A stretch of DNA of 64,000 nucleotides from NCBI GenBank assembly GCA_031266435.1, contig JAISAZ010000103.1, positions 16,119 through 80,118 on the forward strand, read 5' to 3'. The DNA is from Accumulibacter sp. GTDB taxonomy: Bacteria > Pseudomonadota > Gammaproteobacteria > Burkholderiales > Rhodocyclaceae. A model generated the notes under the pieces. The model was not told where the DNA came from. It saw nothing but the letters and a program-made list of their open reading frames with translations, and did not search any database. This document shows, piece after piece, positions 26,677 to 35,157 of this stretch (positions within the stretch are counted from its first letter, which is position 1; each line of letters starts with the position of its first letter). Made by a program: the position numbers and the translations under genes.

Positions 26677-27543
26677 TTATGCCATACGGATTTCATGCTT
26701 TATAAATTTATATACCATATGGTAGATGAACACGCCGTCAAGTGTCTGATTGAGTAGCCGAGAGTATTTCATCAGGCGCTTGTTCGTCGCATCACGCCAG
26801 CCGTAAAACCGGGATGGCGGGATAGCGAGCCGCCGGATATGGCGATGTAGGAAATAACCGAATTTTACGGAGAGGAACTCGTCCCGATAACCCTTTCGCG
26901 TTATGTCGTAGATGTCGGAGTATTGACCGTTCTGTATGCTGAAGTAGAGGAGTGCGCCAATCATTTTGCCTCTTCTAATGACGAGAATCTGGCGCGCCTC
27001 GATGTTTTTTATGATTTCCGAAAATTCTGGGATGTTGTCTCCAAATAAATCGAATTCCTCGAAAAGCATCTCGGAAATTTCTTCGGCATCACTGACGCAC
27101 GCATAGCCGACCTGCTCTTCTTGTTGGCTTTTCAGCAACTGCTGTACCAAGGGCGGATTGACGTCAGTACGAATTCTTGCCAAGCGCTTGCAGAGCACGA
27201 AGCCGGACTCATCAAAAACCGTAGCGATTTCACCTGTAGAGGGTTCTTTTCCGGTTATCGAAGCGCGTAGCGCGAACGTATCGTCGTAAACCGACAAAAA
27301 ATTCTTTAGGTCGTCACGTAATGAATCCATGCTTGCCGAGACGTAAAGGAAGTCATAGTAGGAATCGTGGTAAGGAATCAATAAAAAAAGCGAAGCTTCA
27401 AGAGAATGGAATAGGCAGTGCCTACTTTCAAGGAGTTGGCGGAGTTTATCCGCGCTCAAAAAAATATTGCTCAGCGGACGGCGATATTTTTCTTTCAACG
27501 CGTCGGCGCGGCCAATGAAATCAAGAATCGACGCTGGTCGCAT
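26677..27543 (-). CDS. Hypothetical protein, possible GNAT-fold acyltransferase
   Basis: C-terminal half VGYACVSDAEEISEML...ILVIRR...TRKGYR resembles GNAT motifs; lies between the adenylation enzyme and an SDR. Confidence 0.5.
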   Translation of the reverse strand: MRPASILDFIGRADALKEKYRRPLSNIFLSADKLRQLLESRHCLFHSLEASLFLLIPYHDSYYDFLYVSASMDSLRDDLKNFLSVYDDTFALRASITGKEPSTGEIATVFDESGFVLCKRLARIRTDVNPPLVQQLLKSQQEEQVGYACVSDAEEISEMLFEEFDLFGDNIPEFSEIIKNIEARQILVIRRGKMIGALLYFSIQNGQYSDIYDITRKGYRDEFLSVKFGYFLHRHIRRLAIPPSRFYGWRDATNKRLMKYSRLLNQTLDGVFIYHMVYKFIKHEIRMA

Positions 27544-27585
27544 ATCCCTCCTTCTCGGCGGTTATTGACATTGAGCTTTGTTGGG

Positions 27586-28362
27586 TTAGCACACGGCACC
27601 AGCATTGATGGAAAGCGTTGCACCTGTAATGGATTTTGCTGCGTTGGAAAGCAGATAGATGGCCAGTTTTGCGACGTCGTTCGGGTCGATAAGGCCGAGC
27701 GGTTGGTAGCCTGTTGATTTGATGTGCTCGTTGAAGTCGCCGGTGATCTCGTCGATTTCGGCCAGCATTTCAGTTTTGACGAAGGCGGGGCGTACTGCGT
27801 TGATCGTCATGTTCTTCGCCGCGAGCTCTGTGCCAAGGCAACGAACGGCGGCCTCCATGGCGGCTTTTGAAGCCGCGTACGCGGTAAGGTATTTCTCATG
27901 CGTCACGCTTGCCAGAGATGAGATGCAGACAACGCGCATACTTTGCGCCTTTGTTTTTTTTCGGACGAGGCAACGTATGAATTCTATAAACGGATAAAAA
28001 TTTATTTGCATGAATTCATGCGTCGTTGCGTAAGTGTTGTCGCGTAGCCTGATTTTCCCCATCTTTCCTGCGGAAAATATAAGCCCGTCGATGTGATTAT
28101 ATTCTGTTTGCATTGTTGTCACTACCATTTCGATATCTGAAATATCAGCGATGTCGAAAGGGAGGATGGTGTGCTTACCCCGTGGCATCAACTGAAGAGT
28201 TTCTTCAAGCGCCTGTTTATGTCTCGCTACGAGAATCACATTGGCGCCTTGCGCGCCAAGTTCAAGGCAGACGCTTCGCCCTATCCCTGAGGATGCGCCG
28301 ACGACGAGATAGTTTTTGCCAGAATATTCGCCGTTCATTTTCAAGACGTGATGAAGTTTCAT
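27586..28362 (-). CDS. Short-chain dehydrogenase/reductase (FabG-like)
   Basis: LVVGASSGIG, YAASKAA, INAVRPAFVKT; ATGA overlap with the upstream KAS III. Confidence 0.9.
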   Translation of the reverse strand: MKLHHVLKMNGEYSGKNYLVVGASSGIGRSVCLELGAQGANVILVARHKQALEETLQLMPRGKHTILPFDIADISDIEMVVTTMQTEYNHIDGLIFSAGKMGKIRLRDNTYATTHEFMQINFYPFIEFIRCLVRKKTKAQSMRVVCISSLASVTHEKYLTAYAASKAAMEAAVRCLGTELAAKNMTINAVRPAFVKTEMLAEIDEITGDFNEHIKSTGYQPLGLIDPNDVAKLAIYLLSNAAKSITGATLSINAGAVC

Positions 28363-29456
28363 TCATTCACTGGCTTTACGAAGCCCTCTTCGAAACGACC
28401 GTCGTAAGTGAAGATCGGATCGATGACCGACGAGTCGATTTCAAAAGCGGCGATTCCCCAGGATAGTCCAATGCCGAAACCGCAGGTCAAAAGCGATAAT
28501 TTGTTTTTTTCCGCGTTAGCGAAGGCGTCGGCGATCGTCAGAGAGACAGATGCGCCCCCCATGTTGCCGTAACGGTCCAGCGAGACGGGAACTTTATCCA
28601 TGTCGATTTTGAGGCGTTTGGCGATGGCGCTGACGATCTGCAAATTTGCCTGATGTAGCACCAAGGCGTCGTAGTCGACCAAGGTCTTTTTCTGCGTCGA
28701 GACGAATGCGCGAATACTATCCACGACGGTTGTGGTTGCAAATAGAGTAATTTCCAGTCCATCCATGTAGGCACCAAGTCCTGAATATTCCGCGCCATTC
28801 GGCAACAATACCTTGGGCTGATATCGCCATGCGTTTCGGGCACCGCCGAAAGGGGCAAGCATATGCTTGTAACCTGACCCGTCTGTATGCAGGGAAACGC
28901 TCAGAGATGTGCATTCACTCTTTTCCAGTAGCAAGGCCGTAGATCCTTCCCCGAAAAGGAAAGAGTCTTGCCTCAACAACTCCTCTCTGGAAGCATATTG
29001 CGGCCATATGGTTTCGCCGGAAAACATCAGAACACGATTAACGTGCGCCTGCTGCAAAAACGCGGCGCAGACGGAAAGCCCGTAGGGGAAGCTCGAGCAC
29101 CCCAAAGTAATATCGAAGGCTAGGGTACCCGACGGAAGTCCAAGACGATACTGCATCAGGCATGCGTTCCCCGTCGCGGGGTTGTAATCCGGTAATTGCG
29201 ACATGAAGACGATCGCGTCGATGCTTTCCGCATCCCATCCGGTTTTTTCCATCGCTCGGAGCGCGGCAGCGTAAGCGAAGTCGGTACTGGTTTGCTCGGT
29301 GATCGAGATGTGACGTTGCGAGATGCCGGTCTGCTTTTGAAAATTTCGTACGTAGGCCGGGTCGGGGGTTTTGTCAGCGCCGATTTTCTGCACGTACGAG
29401 GGCACGGCACAAGTAAGCGCCGCGATCCTCACGTTGTCGAATTCTAGATAGGCCAT
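28359..29456 (-). CDS. 3-oxoacyl-ACP synthase III (FabH-like) #1
   Basis: Catalytic triad motifs DITLGCSSF, HQAN, YGNMGGAS; GFGIGLSWG. Confidence 0.9.
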   Translation of the reverse strand: MAYLEFDNVRIAALTCAVPSYVQKIGADKTPDPAYVRNFQKQTGISQRHISITEQTSTDFAYAAALRAMEKTGWDAESIDAIVFMSQLPDYNPATGNACLMQYRLGLPSGTLAFDITLGCSSFPYGLSVCAAFLQQAHVNRVLMFSGETIWPQYASREELLRQDSFLFGEGSTALLLEKSECTSLSVSLHTDGSGYKHMLAPFGGARNAWRYQPKVLLPNGAEYSGLGAYMDGLEITLFATTTVVDSIRAFVSTQKKTLVDYDALVLHQANLQIVSAIAKRLKIDMDKVPVSLDRYGNMGGASVSLTIADAFANAEKNKLSLLTCGFGIGLSWGIAAFEIDSSVIDPIFTYDGRFEEGFVKPVNE

Positions 29457-29681
29457 CTAGGCCGACTCCATTGTATTCAGGATGTCCCGCACGGTTTTGA
29501 ACGCGCGTATCTGCGCGCCAGTTACCTTTTTATTGAATTTATCGGTCATCAGCACCACGAGCGAAAGCGCGGCGAGCGAATCCCATTCGTTGATGGAGCC
29601 GAGGCTGGCTTCGGGCGTCAGAGTGCCTTCTTCCAAGTCCATGATTTCTTCCAGCGCGGCCAGTTTTTCTTGTAGATTCAT
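29457..29681 (-). CDS. Acyl carrier protein #1
   Basis: 74 aa, acidic, WDSL phosphopantetheine attachment motif. Confidence 0.9.
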   Translation of the reverse strand: MNLQEKLAALEEIMDLEEGTLTPEASLGSINEWDSLAALSLVVLMTDKFNKKVTGAQIRAFKTVRDILNTMESA

Positions 29682-29715
29682 TTTTTTCCTTTCGTGAGAA
29701 TAGGTTCCAAGAGCC

Positions 29716-30816
29716 TTAACTCGCGGTATACGCGATGGTTCCTTCTCCCGGATGTTCTAGGAACTTGCAAAAATCCAGCTTGCCCAAGCGGTCGACGCCC
29801 GCCGCCAAGGATAAACCGGCGCCGAAGGCGGAGTAGCAGACGAGAGGGCGTTCCGTGAGCAGACGTTCGCCCAAGTTGAAAGCGATATTCACCGGAATTG
29901 TCACTGTCGACGAATTACCGAAGTTCTCGACGATATTGTTGAAGAGTATCGACCGGGGAACATCAATTAAATCGGCCAGCTTTTCGAGCATGAAGCGGTT
30001 GGGCTGGTGTGTCAGGTGGTAGCGGATATCACCTTTGGCAACCTTGGCGTAGCGGCAAGCCTCTTCGACCAGCGGCGGAACTTCTTCCATGACAAACTGG
30101 AATACGGCGGTCCCGTCCATGTGCATATTGTTCAGGCTACGGTAGTTGCCCATTTCATCCTGAAAGACCTTTGCGGTCTCTTCGGAGTAAGGCATGCGGC
30201 GCCCGCCCGCCGGGACGATGAGTGCTTCACGACGGCTGCCGTCGGTGTGGAATACGAAAGAAATTTTGTCATCAATGTCGGCGCTTTTGCTCACGACGGT
30301 GACGGCGGCTGCGTCACCGCACAAAGGGTAGGTGTTGCGGTCGAGTTTGTTGGCGTAGCATGCGCCAGCGTCGGTCGTCACGAGGACAACTTCTTCGATG
30401 TCCGACGCGGCGATCAGACTACATGCCGTGTAGAGACCGGAAATGAAGCCGATGCAGTTTTCATAGAGGTCGGTGCAGAAGCAATCGCGCGGAAGACCGA
30501 GCTGGCCGTGGATGACCTTGCTGTTCCCGGGGGTGAGGTGGTCGGCCATCTGGGCGACGACGACGAGCGCAGAGACGGCATCTTTTTCGAGATAGCCTTC
30601 GTGAAAAAGATAATTCAGCGTGTAGGAGGCCAGATCGCAGGGTGTCGTTTGCGGGTCGGCGATTCTGTGCTCCTTGAAACCCATGACTTTGGCGAGCCGA
30701 CGCGAAGATTTTTCCGGGAACGGAAAATCTTTCAGTTCATCCTCGAAGCGGCAAACCCGCGCTGGAACCGTGGCGCAAATGCCTCGAATTTTTACCCCGT
30801 GAATCGTCGCTCGCAT
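29716..30816 (-). CDS. 3-oxoacyl-ACP synthase III (FabH-like) #2
   Basis: ENCIGF (Cys), HQPN (His), FGNSS (Asn), FGAGLS. Confidence 0.9.
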   Translation of the reverse strand: MRATIHGVKIRGICATVPARVCRFEDELKDFPFPEKSSRRLAKVMGFKEHRIADPQTTPCDLASYTLNYLFHEGYLEKDAVSALVVVAQMADHLTPGNSKVIHGQLGLPRDCFCTDLYENCIGFISGLYTACSLIAASDIEEVVLVTTDAGACYANKLDRNTYPLCGDAAAVTVVSKSADIDDKISFVFHTDGSRREALIVPAGGRRMPYSEETAKVFQDEMGNYRSLNNMHMDGTAVFQFVMEEVPPLVEEACRYAKVAKGDIRYHLTHQPNRFMLEKLADLIDVPRSILFNNIVENFGNSSTVTIPVNIAFNLGERLLTERPLVCYSAFGAGLSLAAGVDRLGKLDFCKFLEHPGEGTIAYTAS

Positions 30817-30831
30817 CGTGTAACCGTTTTA

Positions 30832-31089
30832 TTAAGCCATGCCTTCTGTTATCGGTACTTTTTTGCTTTTCTTTATGAGCGCACAGATGTTTTTTGCCGA
30901 CGAAAAATTTTCGGGAACGATGTCGAGCGCCGAAATGAGTATCGAAAAAGTTTCCTCAAGCTCACCTACGAGAGTGACGACATCGAAACTGTCCAAATAG
31001 CCCATTTCGACGAAATCGACACCTTCTTCAAAGTCGTAAACGGGTTGAATATCCTTGAGAATTTCAAAAACTTTTTCTTCCATGACCAC
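30832..31089 (-). CDS. Acyl/aminoacyl carrier protein #2 (DltC-like)
   Basis: GYLDSFDVVTLV phosphopantetheine motif and PENF tail. Confidence 0.88.
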   Translation of the reverse strand: MVMEEKVFEILKDIQPVYDFEEGVDFVEMGYLDSFDVVTLVGELEETFSILISALDIVPENFSSAKNICALIKKSKKVPITEGMA

Positions 31090-31094
31090 TCCTG

Positions 31095-32267
31095 TTATGA
31101 TAAACAGTTTTTTACGATGTCAGCGATGCGCTCGATGTTTGCGTCTTCAAGCCCCGGATACAGTGGTAGACAGAGGACGCGCCGGGAGACGCTTTCCGCA
31201 ACGGGACAGGGTTGCGTTTCCTTGAGATAGGGGAGCGTGTTCAGCGCCGGATAAAAGTAGCGCCTCGAAAAGATGTTCTTCGCGTTCAGACGTTCCACTA
31301 CGCACAGTAGCGTTTTCTCGTCGTCGAAAATCACCGGGTAATACGCGTGATTGTATTTCAGGTCGTTTCTGAGAGCGGGGCGCCTCAGGCCGAGCGGCGG
31401 GAGGTATGCGTCGTACGCGTCGCGAACTTTTGCGCGCGCGGCGATCCTGCTTTCAACGCCGTCCAGCAGGGCGAGGCCCATCGCCGCGTGAAGCTCAGAG
31501 AGTTTCGCGTTGATGCCGAGGCGATAGTGTACGTCCCCATGGTGCCCGAAGGCGCGCAGGAGGGTCAGCGCTTCCATGGCCTCCGGCGAGTGCGCGACCA
31601 CGCCGCCGCCTTCGACCGTATGAAATATTTTCGTCGCGTGAAAACTGCACGTGGCATAATCGCCGTAATTGAGTACGCTTTGGCCTTTGTAGGCGCTACC
31701 GAAACACTGTGCACCGTCGTAAATAAGCGTCAGGTGTGCGTCTTTCGCCATTGTGCCGAAGGCATCCACGTCGCACGCGTTGCCGTAGATGTGCACCGGC
31801 AGAACACCAGCGACGTCGGGTGTGATCTTTTCCGAGACCGCGTGAGGGTACAGGCAGAGGGTTTCTTCGTCAATGTCCGCGAAGACCGGCGTACAGCCTT
31901 CCCACAAGAGCGCGGAAACGGTTGCTACGTAGGAAAAAGGCGTCGTGATGACTTTCTTTCCCGTCAGCCCCGACGCGCGCAAGGCGATTTGCAGGGCCAG
32001 TGTACCGTTGGCGCAAAGCGCGAGGTGCGGAACGGAGAGGCGCGTTTTGAGTGCCGTTTCGAGCCGGTCGACGAAAGGGCCATGATTGGTAAGATGCCCG
32101 GAAGAGAATATCTGCGCCAGATAAGCGGCGTATTCGCTCGCATCGGGGACGGCGGAGCGCGTGACCTGGATGGGGGCGATCGCGTCGATTCCGTCAGGCG
32201 GAAGCGGATTTTCGCACTCTTTTGCGGCGGCGGCGTCCGAGAGCGTGTGTGGAATTTTATGCGCCAT
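31095..32267 (-). CDS. DegT/DnrJ/EryC1/StrS sugar aminotransferase, VioA-like (start uncertain)
   Basis: IQVTR..P, LTNHGP, TPFSYVAT, SFHATKIFHTVEGG (PLP lysine), GINAKLSE.HAAMGL, RRYFYP, VLCLPLY. Confidence 0.9.
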   Translation of the reverse strand: MAHKIPHTLSDAAAAKECENPLPPDGIDAIAPIQVTRSAVPDASEYAAYLAQIFSSGHLTNHGPFVDRLETALKTRLSVPHLALCANGTLALQIALRASGLTGKKVITTPFSYVATVSALLWEGCTPVFADIDEETLCLYPHAVSEKITPDVAGVLPVHIYGNACDVDAFGTMAKDAHLTLIYDGAQCFGSAYKGQSVLNYGDYATCSFHATKIFHTVEGGGVVAHSPEAMEALTLLRAFGHHGDVHYRLGINAKLSELHAAMGLALLDGVESRIAARAKVRDAYDAYLPPLGLRRPALRNDLKYNHAYYPVIFDDEKTLLCVVERLNAKNIFSRRYFYPALNTLPYLKETQPCPVAESVSRRVLCLPLYPGLEDANIERIADIVKNCLS

Positions 32268-32569
32268 GCGCTTCTTTCTCAGAAGGACGCGGCGTAGTAG
32301 ACCGCTTTTTTCGGAGAAGAAGCTGGGTGGGGAGGTCGAAGTGTCCAAGGCACTTGGAATCACGCGCGGCTGGAGAACCGGAAAGCGAGTTTCGCTTGCG
32401 GAAGAGACGAGACGCGGGTAACCCGCCCGGACAAGCGTCGAAGCAACGCGGAATCGTGGAATTCCGTCATGGTTTTGTGCCTATTTTTGAAAATGCGAGC
32501 ATTTCCTCTTCTCTTTAACTGGGCTTTAATTATATAGATAACTGAGTCGACGATTCTATCTGTTCTGCT

Positions 32570-33943
32570 TTACGAATCGCACACCGTTGGTATAAAAGCG
32601 TACTCCGGCCATTTTTCTCGCAAGACGGCTTTGCTTTCCTCGAACTCTGGCGGAACGCTGTATCCAGATTTTGTATTATGGTAACACGGGGCGTCAATGA
32701 CGACGCTTTGAAGTCCGGCGCGTTTTGCGGCGAGGCAGATATCCGTGCCGTAGAGGTGCCAGCCCAGCGACGGTTCAAGTTGGAGCGGTGAGGATTTCGG
32801 GATGATCAGCGCGAGTTCGTCCAGACTGTCCGCAGACGCGGGGAGTGCGCCGGATTCGTCGAGCAAGACGCCTCGGTCGACGACCCTGCCGAGGCGGCGG
32901 ACGCCGTCGGGCGTAGCGGAAACGCCATAAACTCCCATGACGCCGATCGGCGCGTTCGTAGCCTTCGCTGTCGCGCTGAGGCGGGCGTATTGCTCAAAAA
33001 CCCGCGCGACCCAACCGGCAGGAAGGTAAACGTCCTGATGCGCGAGGACGACGATCTCGTTCCGCGCTTGCGCGATCGCCTCGTTCAGCCCTTCCGCCGC
33101 GCTGCTTGCGCCTTCGATCGTCAGTATTTCGTGTTTGTCGCTCTGCAGGCAGGGAGAGGCCAAGAGGTTGGCGCGTAGCGTTTCCGGGTCGTTCGTACAG
33201 ACGCCGACGGAGACCGGGGGCGTATCTTCGGTTTGTGTGGGCCAGTTTTCGATCGGACGCGCGTCCATGAAGTAGTCGAGGGTGCGCGTTCGCTGCTCGA
33301 AAACGGCGGGGGCGAGCCGCATTCTCTGAATCGTCGGCGCCAGGGCGGAGAGCCAGCCATTTGGCGCGGTGATTTCTCTACGGTCGGCGATACGCGGCAG
33401 ATATCCGGCGTCGAGGAAGAGTTTGACGATGTCGGAAACGGCGAAAAGGTTTTCCGTATGCGCGTGGGATGTGGGGGGAATGTTGTGAGTGTTGTAGCTC
33501 CGGCCTCGCAGGTCGCCGTGAAGAAGGCTGTCGAAAAAGCGCCAGTGCTGCGCGTTGGAAAATGAGGCGATCAGGTGACCGCCCCAGCGCAACAAGGGAC
33601 GCAACGCGTTCAGCGCGGCGAGGGGGTCGGGCGAGTGCGCGAAGAAATCGTCGGCGATGATGCAGTCGATTGATTGAGGCTCGATTGCGGGAGGCGCGTT
33701 TTCGATGTCCAGAATGAAATTCCGGTCGAAACGCTTCGCGGCCTCAGGTGGGATTTTTGTCCTTGCGACGCCGAAAATTTTTCGGGAAGGCACGAGGTGT
33801 TTGAGGATTTCGGCTATCCGTCCGTTGCGGGCGTCGAGGTCGAGGATGTTTCGCGCGTCGCCGGGTACAAGCTGAACGACGCGCAAATCGGCTTCATGGT
33901 AGAACTCTTCGGCGAAGGGTCTGGAATTTTCGATCGTCGTCAT
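32570..33943 (-). CDS. Methyltransferase-like domain fused to a GT2-like glycosyltransferase
   Basis: N-terminal ILDL...DPLAAL..L.PLLRWGGHLIASFSNAQHW; C-terminal SAAEGLN..VVLAHQDVYLP..DSLDELAL..GWHLYGTDICL. Confidence 0.75.
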   Translation of the reverse strand: MTTIENSRPFAEEFYHEADLRVVQLVPGDARNILDLDARNGRIAEILKHLVPSRKIFGVARTKIPPEAAKRFDRNFILDIENAPPAIEPQSIDCIIADDFFAHSPDPLAALNALRPLLRWGGHLIASFSNAQHWRFFDSLLHGDLRGRSYNTHNIPPTSHAHTENLFAVSDIVKLFLDAGYLPRIADRREITAPNGWLSALAPTIQRMRLAPAVFEQRTRTLDYFMDARPIENWPTQTEDTPPVSVGVCTNDPETLRANLLASPCLQSDKHEILTIEGASSAAEGLNEAIAQARNEIVVLAHQDVYLPAGWVARVFEQYARLSATAKATNAPIGVMGVYGVSATPDGVRRLGRVVDRGVLLDESGALPASADSLDELALIIPKSSPLQLEPSLGWHLYGTDICLAAKRAGLQSVVIDAPCYHNTKSGYSVPPEFEESKAVLREKWPEYAFIPTVCDS

Positions 33944-34039
33944 GATCGGCCGTCAAACGCATCGTATTCAATTGTCGGAATCGAAAGGCCGTTGCAACAT
34001 TTGCGTCGCTTTTGCAATTTCGGATTCGTAGAGGTAACG

Positions 34040-34918
34040 TTAGAGCGGGGCGGGAACGCCGAGCGCGCGGGCGAGGATTTCCGGTGCGTTGCGCTTTGAG
34101 AAAATTTCGAGGCCCTGCCGCGCGAGTTTTGCGCGTGCGTCGTTGTCCGCGACGAGTTCGGCGCAGGCATCAACGAGCGCGTCGTAGGGGACGGCGCGGA
34201 CCGCTTGGCGTATATCGGGTTCGATCGCCGTCGCGGCGCCGCATTCAGCGACGACGGGTTTTTCGTTGGCGAGGAGGTAGGAGACGCGAACGATTTCGAA
34301 AACCTGCGCGTCGTAATAGTGCATGTTGAGGACGACTTTGGCGCGTGCGATCATGCGGTCGCGCTCTTCGCGGTAGACGCCGACGAGGAATTCGATGCGG
34401 AGACCTTTTTTGATCAGTCCTTCGAGGATGACCCGGCGGCGTTCGTTGATCGCGCCGTAGAAAAGGACGTCGATGTCTTGCGCGACGTCGGCGGGGATGC
34501 GCGTGAGTTGCGGGACGTAGCCGATCGGGACGAATTTCGCGCCTTCGACGCCGATGTTTTTCATGCGTCGGATGTTTTCTTCGCTGTAATCCCAAACGAC
34601 GCATTTTTTGAGCAGGTCGAGGTAGGCGGGGGTGATCCACGTGGAATTTTCGTCGGGATTTTCACTGATCTGTTCGGAGTTGTAGAGGATCGTGTCGGCG
34701 GGGATCGCGCGCATCGTTTGCGCGTCGAGGAGGTGGGCACCGAGGACGATGTTCGTGCAGTCGGGCTCGATTTTGTTCATGTTGAACTGGAAGGGGAGGC
34801 GTAGCGCATCGAGCGCAACGATCAGCGTTTCGGCGAGTTCGGCCATCGCGGCGCTGTGCGCGTAGTTTTCCGGCTGGAGCAGCGTGAGGTTGGTGGGGCG
34901 CGTGGTGGGTTCGGGCAT
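34040..34918 (-). CDS. Putative glycosyltransferase (GT-B fold)
   Basis: VWDYS..N, DIDVLFYGAINERR, AKVVLNMHYY..FEIVRVSYLLAN motifs seen in glycan-locus proteins. Confidence 0.6.
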   Translation of the reverse strand: MPEPTTRPTNLTLLQPENYAHSAAMAELAETLIVALDALRLPFQFNMNKIEPDCTNIVLGAHLLDAQTMRAIPADTILYNSEQISENPDENSTWITPAYLDLLKKCVVWDYSEENIRRMKNIGVEGAKFVPIGYVPQLTRIPADVAQDIDVLFYGAINERRRVILEGLIKKGLRIEFLVGVYREERDRMIARAKVVLNMHYYDAQVFEIVRVSYLLANEKPVVAECGAATAIEPDIRQAVRAVPYDALVDACAELVADNDARAKLARQGLEIFSKRNAPEILARALGVPAPL

Positions 34919-34925
34919 GTTTTCT

Positions 34926-35150
34926 TTCAGAGGACAGATGTCAGGGATCAGAGGACAGAGGACAGAGGACAGAAGATAGAGGACAGAATTGTGGTCTGTG
35001 TTCAGTATTCAGATGTCGCATGGCTTGCCTCCTTCAGATTATAGACAACTGATTACAGAGGCCGAAGGCCGCTCTGTCGTCTGTCCTTTCCATCATTCCA
35101 GCGTTTGCGGAACGTTGGGGTTCGCTGCGCTCACCACCAACCTATGCATA
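34926..35150. repeat. Mosaic repeat cluster C4 (heptamer array, 83-bp core, inverted heptamers, REP-A)
   Basis: (CAGAGGA)n 34928-34987, core 34989-35071 homologous to inverted 55293-55374, CTCTGTC 35072-35087, REP-A(-) 35114-35145. Confidence 0.88.
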
Positions 35151-35157
35151 TCGGTTC

